NCBI GenBank assembly: GCA_963665115.1
Contig: OY762007.1
Coordinates: forward strand, 4,416,001 to 4,480,000
Direction: 5' to 3'
Length of the DNA: 64,000 bases
Source: an uncultured Rivularia sp.
GTDB lineage: Bacteria; Cyanobacteriota; Cyanobacteriia; Cyanobacteriales; Nostocaceae
How positions within the stretch are numbered: position 1 is the stretch's first letter; each line of letters starts with the position of its first letter. The notes below the pieces were generated by a model. The model was not told the DNA's origin and searched no databases. It worked only from the letters and a program-made list of their open reading frames with translations. The position numbers and the translations under genes are program-made. Of this stretch, positions 62,477 through 64,000 are shown in pieces.

Positions 62477-62763
62477 CCGCCAGGGACTGCAAGTCCCTGT
62501 CTCATAGCGAAAGTCCTCTAAAGAGGACTGAAGAAGTACACACTAAATTTAATGTGGCGGAGTAGTAGTAGTTCATTTCATTTATTCTGACGGGTTGTAG
62601 AGACGTAAAATTTTACGTCTCCCGACCTTTGCGGGGAAAACGAACCCTTGATAATTTATGCAATCGACCAGTAGTGTTCTGTCCCCAGCCGTTTTGGCAG
62701 CTTTTTCCCCAGTCCTATTTATAGGACTTAAGCTATTAGACTGGGACTTGCAGTCCCAGACGG
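62477..62763. mobile_element. REPIN-like element with two ~54-bp inverted arms (each holding two hairpins) enclosing a family-A REP
   Basis: CCGCCAGGGACTGCAAGTCCCTG..ATAGC..AAGTCCTCTAAAGAGGACTG matches the reverse complement of 62710-62763, with compensatory changes. Confidence 0.8.
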
Positions 62764-62780
62764 GATAGAATACAACCCGT

Positions 62781-62972
62781 AAAAATGATTCGCGGGTGAG
62801 AAAATTAGTCTCGGAAGCTGGATATATCGCGGCTTTGGCTATGGATGACTTGAAAGAAAAGTTTGCTGGAGAGTCGGAAAATTTGTTAGCGATTGAACGT
62901 TTTAGTCAATCTCGTTTGGATGAATTAGTTGATAAAGCTTCGGGAGGAAACCCGATTACTTGTTCGCAATAA
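62781..62972 (+). pseudogene. C-terminal remnant resembling a cyanobacterial polysaccharide deacetylase
   Basis: KNDSRVRKLVSEAGYIAALAMDD...FAGESENLLAIERFSQSRL...GG; no start codon, begins right after the REPIN-like element. Confidence 0.55.
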
Positions 62973-62988
62973 AGTTAACAGCCTTTGT

Positions 62989-63357
62989 TTACAGCCAATC
63001 CCGAAAAGCTGATACTTCATCGACACCAATTTCAAAGGATGTTGCTTTTCCAGGAGGTGCATTTACGCGAATTCTAGCACTCGAAGCAAGGGGTTCGAGT
63101 TTCATTCCTATCTGGACTATATTGCTGACTATATGCCAGTAAGTTACTATATCCGGAGCATGAATTACTAATGTCAGATATTCTGCATCAATAGTAAGAT
63201 ACCAAAAACAACTTGATATCAATGCTTGGGTAATAGCGTCACAAGATTGGAAGAAGCATTTTCCGGTAGTTCTTTCTAATTCTAAAAGTAACATTTTGTC
63301 GCGTTTTGTTACTTCTGTCGGTGGTAAATCATCCGCATGGAGGAAAGATTTATTCAT
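62989..63357 (-). CDS. Hypothetical protein
   Basis: 122-aa ORF with ATG and GAGG upstream; protein-like composition. Confidence 0.7.
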   Translation of the reverse strand: MNKSFLHADDLPPTEVTKRDKMLLLELERTTGKCFFQSCDAITQALISSCFWYLTIDAEYLTLVIHAPDIVTYWHIVSNIVQIGMKLEPLASSARIRVNAPPGKATSFEIGVDEVSAFRDWL

Positions 63358-63585
63358 AATAATATAAGCCCTCTGTGTTATTCAATTTTGGATTCTGGAT
63401 TTATCCTCTTTATAAAATCCATAATCTACGCAGAGAAGTTTAATTTAATCCGTTAGAATATTGCTAACAATTAACTTAGAAAAGAATTGCTGTTTTATTC
63501 TCTAAGCCCTGATAAATTACAGTTTTTGCATCGTTGCTGCGCTCAACCACGTCATTAACAACATTTGCGAACTTGAATAATTGTC

Positions 63586-63921
63586 CTATCTTGAAACCCA
63601 CTGTAAATCTAACCACATACGTGGGTCGGATTGTTTGATCTTCGACATTGGATCTCTTAACAAACGCGAAGCATTGCGAAATACAATTTGAATTAGCCCC
63701 ATATTTTCGGCGACATCTGTAAGCTTTTGTTTGTGACTTTCTACATAGGATATGATTTCCTCGGGACAATAAATTACTATGTGCTGGAAGCTTTTAGGAG
63801 GTCTTCCCCAGTAGTTTGTGACAACTTTCACATAGCAGCCATCAAGCACCTCTCCTACTTTTGGATAATACTCGCTGATGACTCGAACAAATTCGTTAGC
63901 AAGAGTATCTTCGCTAATCAT
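63586..63921 (-). CDS. Hypothetical protein
   Basis: 111-aa ORF co-oriented with 62989..63357. Confidence 0.7.
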   Translation of the reverse strand: MISEDTLANEFVRVISEYYPKVGEVLDGCYVKVVTNYWGRPPKSFQHIVIYCPEEIISYVESHKQKLTDVAENMGLIQIVFRNASRLLRDPMSKIKQSDPRMWLDLQWVSR

Positions 63922-64000
63922 CTGTCAACATATATCTGTAGATTTTAAGGCATTATCAATATAACATATATTCTTTTTTAAATAAATACTATTATTGATT

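Overview
AT-rich chromosome segment of a filamentous heterocystous cyanobacterium (Nostocales, Rivularia/Calothrix-like). The assignment is inferred from many HIP1 GCGATCGC sites, heptamer tandem repeats, gun4, a PEP-CTERM protein, Uma2 and pentapeptide-repeat genes. Housekeeping genes include a flotillin/NfeD operon, TRAP dctP and dctQM, arfB, a selD fusion, bioD, prs, icd, gun4 and a sugar ABC ATPase. Two accessory tracts lie between convergent housekeeping genes: about 12.1-27.95 kb (dctP to dctM) and about 49.2-58.4 kb (prs to icd). Neither contains an integrase or transposase. Both consist of single genes and toxin-antitoxin (TA)-like pairs punctuated by GTAG-type REP hairpins and 100-130 bp MITE-like elements. 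The most striking structure is at 57.06-58.38 kb, where two divergent DUF6888/DUF6887-like gene pairs alternate with three co-oriented copies of one ~33-bp REP hairpin, like a cassette array. Also notable are a stand-alone T4 Rnl1-type RNA ligase, a DUF4419 protein with a probable SUKH/SMI1 domain beside an ankyrin protein, a membrane HEAT-repeat/NACHT protein, and a mobile repeat inserted in frame in selD. Five +1 homopolymer frameshifts (dctP, 51.3 kb, HEAT/NACHT, icd, gun4) look like assembly errors. No CRISPR array, rRNA or tRNA was recognised. All family assignments come from motif recognition, not database searches.
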